A stretch of DNA of 64,000 nt from Acidimicrobiia bacterium (lineage in GTDB: Bacteria; Actinomycetota; Acidimicrobiia; Spongiisociales; ZC4RG35), in the NCBI GenBank assembly GCA_965203555.1, contig CBDBCY010000004.1, forward strand, positions 2,784,001-2,848,000, given 5' to 3'. The translations under genes and the position numbers were made by a program. Shown piece after piece: positions 59,864 to 64,000 of this stretch. The notes under the pieces are model-generated. The model saw only the letters and a program-made list of their open reading frames with translations. It made no database searches and was not told the origin of the DNA. Numbering within the stretch: the stretch's first letter is position 1; every line of letters starts with the position of its first letter.

Positions 59864-61570
59864 CTAGGTCCCCTTACCGTTGAGATCAGCAGCCCACAGA
59901 TACTCCACCAGCAGGTCCAGGTCGTCGGACGACAGCACTGCGCCAAAGGCCGGCATCTGCCCGTTCCCGAACCCGTTCACCCCGTAGGGTTGGTCCGCCA
60001 CCGCTCCCACCAGCAGGAAGTCGCGGAGGTTGTCCTTGGTCAGGAACTGCACGCGGGGCCGGCCTCTCCAGACGGCCGGTCCGAATCCTCCCGAGCCCGG
60101 CTGGCTGGCGTAGGGCGTTCCCGCCGACCAGCCGGACGTGTGACAGCGGGAGCAGTACCCGGTGAACACTCCCACCGCCCGGGTGGCGCTGTCCAGGTCG
60201 CCTCCGAAGGCAACGTCGGCCACGCCTTGGAGGTCTATCTCCCAATTGCGGTGTTGAACGGCGGCCAGCAGTTCCTCCAGTCCCGCTCGGGCGGGAGCGA
60301 GCAGACGTTCGGCGTTCTCGGTTCGCACGCGAAGGTTGATGGCGGCGGCTTCCATGCCGGAGATGGCGGTGGCGGCGGCCTGGTCGTCGGTGACCCCCCC
60401 TCCCGAGGAAGCCCGTTCCGGGTCGAGGTCCACCACCGTCAGGGTGTTGGGCCGCAGGGCGGTACGGGCCAGGGCGAGTTCGGCGGTGAGCACTCTCTCC
60501 GCCCGGTCGGACAGTCCGTCCCCGTCGGAGTCCTCCTCGCCCTCGGCCTGCAATGCCGTTCGGATCGACTGCATCCGCAGTTCCAGGACGGGCGCCCGGG
60601 ATATCACTTCCTGCAGTTCGGAGATGGCATGATCGGCCACGTCGGCATCGGGACGCCCGTCGGTGGCGGGGTTCTGAGGATCGAAGGTCAGAGCCTCGAT
60701 CTCGACGATGTCGAACAGAGCCGCCGCCGCGGCGGTAAGTTCGGAGATGGCCACCTCGGAGGCGTCGGAGAGATTGTCGCCGTCCCGGTCGATCCCCCGG
60801 CCGGAACCCTCCCGCGTCTGGCGGGCCAATTCCACCAGGTTGGCCATCGTGAACGCGTAGCGGGGCGCGCTTTCGATGTCGGAGATCAACTGGCGCTGTT
60901 CGATGATGGCTCTCTCCAAGGCCTGGTCGGCGTTCTCCAGCAGGCTCAACTGGCCCGTTACGATGGTGTCGGTCTTGCGGAGGCTCTCTTGCTGGGAGAC
61001 CTGGATGCTCTCGAGGTAGTTGACGATGTCGAAGATCTGCTGCTCGTTCATGGGACCGCCTCCCACCGTGCCCCAGGGAGGCATCGGAGAGTTGCCCCGT
61101 CCATATGTGACCCAGTAGGTGATGATGTCACGGTCATACCGCATGAATATGTCATCCAGGGCGGGCGCCGACCAGGAAACGCTCACTCCGGTGCGCTTCT
61201 CCACGTAGCTGGCCACTCCTCCCACGCCGTTGGGGCCGTGACAACTCCAGCAGTCCGCCTCCCCCGGTCCCACCAGTTCGGCGCCCCTTTCCACCGACTC
61301 TTCGTGGAACTGGTCGACGAAGCTGTCCTGGCGGTCGGTTTCGGTCAGGTAGTAGATCGCCAGTCCCACCGCCAGGAACGCCGACAGCAGGACGGCGCCC
61401 TGCTGGACCCGTTCCAGCCGCCGGGTCTCCAAGGCGTCGTCGGTGACCCCCGGCGCCTGGTTGGGCGGGATGCCTTCCCGTCGGCGGGAGCGCAGTGCGG
61501 CCACTCCCAGGAAACTGAGCCAGATGACGGCTCCCACCATCACCAGGGTGATTACCAGCGTTGAGTCCAC
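59864..61570 (-). CDS. qcrC: Membrane-anchored diheme cytochrome c of the bc complex
   Basis: CWSCH and CSRCH heme motifs, MPPWG and MPAFG axial Met, two N-terminal TM helices. Confidence 0.85.
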   Translation of the reverse strand: MDSTLVITLVMVGAVIWLSFLGVAALRSRRREGIPPNQAPGVTDDALETRRLERVQQGAVLLSAFLAVGLAIYYLTETDRQDSFVDQFHEESVERGAELVGPGEADCWSCHGPNGVGGVASYVEKRTGVSVSWSAPALDDIFMRYDRDIITYWVTYGRGNSPMPPWGTVGGGPMNEQQIFDIVNYLESIQVSQQESLRKTDTIVTGQLSLLENADQALERAIIEQRQLISDIESAPRYAFTMANLVELARQTREGSGRGIDRDGDNLSDASEVAISELTAAAAALFDIVEIEALTFDPQNPATDGRPDADVADHAISELQEVISRAPVLELRMQSIRTALQAEGEEDSDGDGLSDRAERVLTAELALARTALRPNTLTVVDLDPERASSGGGVTDDQAAATAISGMEAAAINLRVRTENAERLLAPARAGLEELLAAVQHRNWEIDLQGVADVAFGGDLDSATRAVGVFTGYCSRCHTSGWSAGTPYASQPGSGGFGPAVWRGRPRVQFLTKDNLRDFLLVGAVADQPYGVNGFGNGQMPAFGAVLSSDDLDLLVEYLWAADLNGKGT

Positions 61571-61578
61571 GAATACTC

Positions 61579-62442
61579 CTAGATGCAGGAAGGGCCTTGC
61601 GGATAGGACACGGACTGGGCGATGGCCCGCGGGGTCTCCACGATCGTCCCGGTTCTGATGATCAGCCGCCCGTTGTCTGACACGTGGACCGCGAACCGGT
61701 CGAGGTTACGAGGGGCCGGACCGGCGAAATATTCGCCGATGGAGTTGTACTTGGAACCGTGGCAGGGACATTCGAAACCCTGGGAGTCGCCACACCAGGG
61801 CACTCGGCATCCCAGGTGTACGCATCGTTGATACAGCGCCATCAGGCCGCCGGCCACGAGATCCTGTTCGGCGAGTTGCTCGCTTCCCTGGGCGGGCGCC
61901 GGGACCACGTAGGCGCGGGCGTCGGGAATGAAAGCGGGAGTGATCAGCCCGGCGGCGTCGGTCATCTCGGGAACCAGGTCGGCGACGTTCCCGGCGTCCA
62001 CGTCGCTTCCGAAGCCCCCGCTGATCTTGGGCCATAGAAAGGCCAGAATCTCTATTCCCATGATTCCGAACCATGCCACCGACATGGCGGCCAGCGACCG
62101 GTTGAAGAACTGTCGGCGTGTCACCCCCACTTCCTCGGGGGAGGCTTCCACTATCACCTGTGATTCGGTGATGGGCGCCAACGCCTCCGTCACATGGGAG
62201 GGCTCCTCTTCTGTCACCGCCACCTCGTCCCCGGCCATCTCCGGTTCTTCGGCGGTGGCGGGGATCACCAACTCCATGGTGGGAGCGGAACGGTCGGCCT
62301 TGCGGGCGGCGCGTTCCACCCGCTTGGGCCACAGAGACGAGGCGTCCGGCTCGGCGCGGCGGAAGGCGATGGTGAATGCGCCAACCGCCGCGGCGATTGC
62401 CACCGCCGCCACTCCGATGATGATCAGCTCTGCGCCGCCCAT
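61579..62442 (-). CDS. qcrA: Rieske Fe-S subunit of the cytochrome bc complex
   Basis: TRRQFF Tat motif, CVHLGC, CPCHGS, GPAPR. Confidence 0.92.
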   Translation of the reverse strand: MGGAELIIIGVAAVAIAAAVGAFTIAFRRAEPDASSLWPKRVERAARKADRSAPTMELVIPATAEEPEMAGDEVAVTEEEPSHVTEALAPITESQVIVEASPEEVGVTRRQFFNRSLAAMSVAWFGIMGIEILAFLWPKISGGFGSDVDAGNVADLVPEMTDAAGLITPAFIPDARAYVVPAPAQGSEQLAEQDLVAGGLMALYQRCVHLGCRVPWCGDSQGFECPCHGSKYNSIGEYFAGPAPRNLDRFAVHVSDNGRLIIRTGTIVETPRAIAQSVSYPQGPSCI

Positions 62443-62470
62443 TACTCCAACCGGATCCGATTATCGGGCA

Positions 62471-63391
62471 TCAGTGTCCTCCAAAGTCGACCCAGTCTTT
62501 CAAGTCGTCGAAAAAGACTCCGTCAACCCATGGATATGCGAAATTGAATCCCGGGCCCCGGAACAACACTCCCAGGATGGTGAGAGTGGCCGACCCGGTC
62601 AGGAAGATGGTGTAGAGCATGATGGCCAGTTTGCGGTCCGACGGCCGGGTGGAGGGATTGCGATCGATGTAGGGGATCATCATGAATCCCACTATCCCGA
62701 TCACCGTCGGCACAGTCACCCCGGCGATCTGAGGATCGAAATAGGACAGCATCTCCTGCAGCCCCAGGAAATACCAGGGCGCCTTCGACGGGTTGGGGGT
62801 GGCGTTGAAATTGGCCGCTTCCAACAGAGGCGCCTGGAGGATCACCGACAGAACCAAGAGGAATGCGGTCATCGCCAGCAGGGCGGTGAATTCGGTGATC
62901 ATCAGATGCGGCCAGGTGTTGACCTTGTCGGTGGGATCGGCCTTCACCTGCTGGATTGCCCGGGCTTTCACCACCGTCAGCAGCCGCTGGTGGCGCACTC
63001 CCTCCGGAAGGTCGGCCGGCGGCGCCGAGGGGCGGACCGACACCACCGCAGCCAGTCTTCCGGCGCCGTTTTCCGCCGTGTCGGCCGGAGCAACAGGAGG
63101 TGGTTCCGCGGCGGGCGCCTCGGGGGCCTCCGGCTCGGCCACCGCGGTGACGGCGGGCGGCGGGGCGGAAGCCGGGTCGGGAGGCTGGGGTTGCGGAGGC
63201 ATCTCCGAAACCGGAGTATGGGTGGTGGTCGGAACGAATTCCGGAGCGGGCACCGAAACCGACTCGGCGGCTATCTCGGTTACCGGGGCCTCCCCGCGCA
63301 TCTCGGCCAGCACCTGCTCCACCGGCAGGCCCAGCGCCTTGGCCTTGGCTTCGGCGGACCGCCTGAGCAGTTCTTCGGGTATCTGTGGCAC
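62471..63391 (-). CDS. Cytochrome b C-terminal subunit (subunit IV-like) with Pro/Ala-rich N-terminal extension
   Basis: WPHL, TPNPSKAPWYF, PYIDR. Confidence 0.88.
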   Translation of the reverse strand: MPQIPEELLRRSAEAKAKALGLPVEQVLAEMRGEAPVTEIAAESVSVPAPEFVPTTTHTPVSEMPPQPQPPDPASAPPPAVTAVAEPEAPEAPAAEPPPVAPADTAENGAGRLAAVVSVRPSAPPADLPEGVRHQRLLTVVKARAIQQVKADPTDKVNTWPHLMITEFTALLAMTAFLLVLSVILQAPLLEAANFNATPNPSKAPWYFLGLQEMLSYFDPQIAGVTVPTVIGIVGFMMIPYIDRNPSTRPSDRKLAIMLYTIFLTGSATLTILGVLFRGPGFNFAYPWVDGVFFDDLKDWVDFGGH

Positions 63392-63410
63392 TAGCGCTTA
63401 CCTCGCATAT

Positions 63411-64000
63411 TTACAGAGGTCCGGAGATGCCGCCGTCTTTGCGGACTCTCCAGAAGTGGACAGCCAAAAAGATCACGATGATGAAAGGGAGGAACAACAC
63501 ATGGAGCACGTACCATCGCAGCAGCGTCCCGGCGGTGACCTCCACCCCGCCCAACAAGGCGAATTTCACCTGCGTGCCTATCACCGGGACGAATCCGGCC
63601 ATGTTGGTTCCCACCGTCACCGCCCACAGGGCCAACTGGTCCCAGGGAAGCAGGTAGCCGGTGAAGGAAAGCAGCAGGGTCAGCAGCAACAGGATCACAC
63701 CCACCACCCAGTTGAACTCCCGGGGTGGCTTGTAGGCGCCGTGGTAGAACACCCGGGACATGTGGAGGAATACGGTGAGCACCATCAGATGGGCGCCCCA
63801 GCGGTGCATGTTCCTCATCAGGGAACCGAAGGCGATGTCGGTGGAGAGCGCCTGCACGTCGATGTAGGCGCGTTCGGCGGTGGGGGCGTAGTAGAACATC
63901 AGGAAAATTCCCGTGACGGTCAGGAGGATGAACAAGAAGAAACTCAGCCCGCCCAGGCACAGCGTGTAGGAAAGCTTGACTCCGTGCCGCTTGACCTTCA
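63411..64000 (-). CDS. qcrB: Cytochrome b N-terminal (b6-like) subunit, partial
   Basis: [33 protein letters not shown]. Runs off the window end. Confidence 0.93.
   Translation of the reverse strand, partial: KVKRHGVKLSYTLCLGGLSFFLFILLTVTGIFLMFYYAPTAERAYIDVQALSTDIAFGSLMRNMHRWGAHLMVLTVFLHMSRVFYHGAYKPPREFNWVVGVILLLLTLLLSFTGYLLPWDQLALWAVTVGTNMAGFVPVIGTQVKFALLGGVEVTAGTLLRWYVLHVLFLPFIIVIFLAVHFWRVRKDGGISGPL

Noticed and set aside
59990-63394. Long + strand ORFs (524 aa and 488 aa) and similar antisense ORFs elsewhere
   Set aside because: Shadows of real genes on the opposite strand in high-GC DNA; no motifs.

Overview
High-GC actinobacterial DNA, most likely Acidimicrobiia. This is an inference from the split cytochrome b/Rieske/diheme cytochrome c cluster, Rex, DUF222-HNH and IS1634. 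Bases 1-10.7 kb are an accessory island with two IS1634 copies (one truncated, one complete with a TATGA duplication), five toxin-antitoxin-type modules whose toxins are all broken, and an AlbA/Schlafen-HATPase-wHTH gene between ~80-bp direct repeats. Bases 11-36 kb hold mixed metabolic and transport genes: flavin monooxygenase, Rieske oxygenase plus reductase, class II UvrA, Ca-type P-ATPase, amidase, geranylgeranyl reductase and rex. At 36.2-37.6 kb a DUF222-HNH gene lies inside a unit bounded by short inverted repeats and TA dinucleotides; a solo copy of its right end sits at 29.2 kb. Bases 38-50 kb are a divergent nucleoside uptake and catabolism cluster (deaminase, phosphorylase, MtnA, aldolase-SDR fusion, two SDRs, cupin, BMP-type ABC transporter). 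Bases 50-53.5 kb are a defence islet with a broken ParB-like gene between 48-bp direct repeats and a Dam-type MTase plus NotI-family endonuclease. The window ends with NfeD/flotillin, a serine hydrolase, two ABC binding-protein paralogs and a cytochrome bc operon. All calls come from motifs read by eye; no searches were run. No rRNA, tRNA or CRISPR array was seen.
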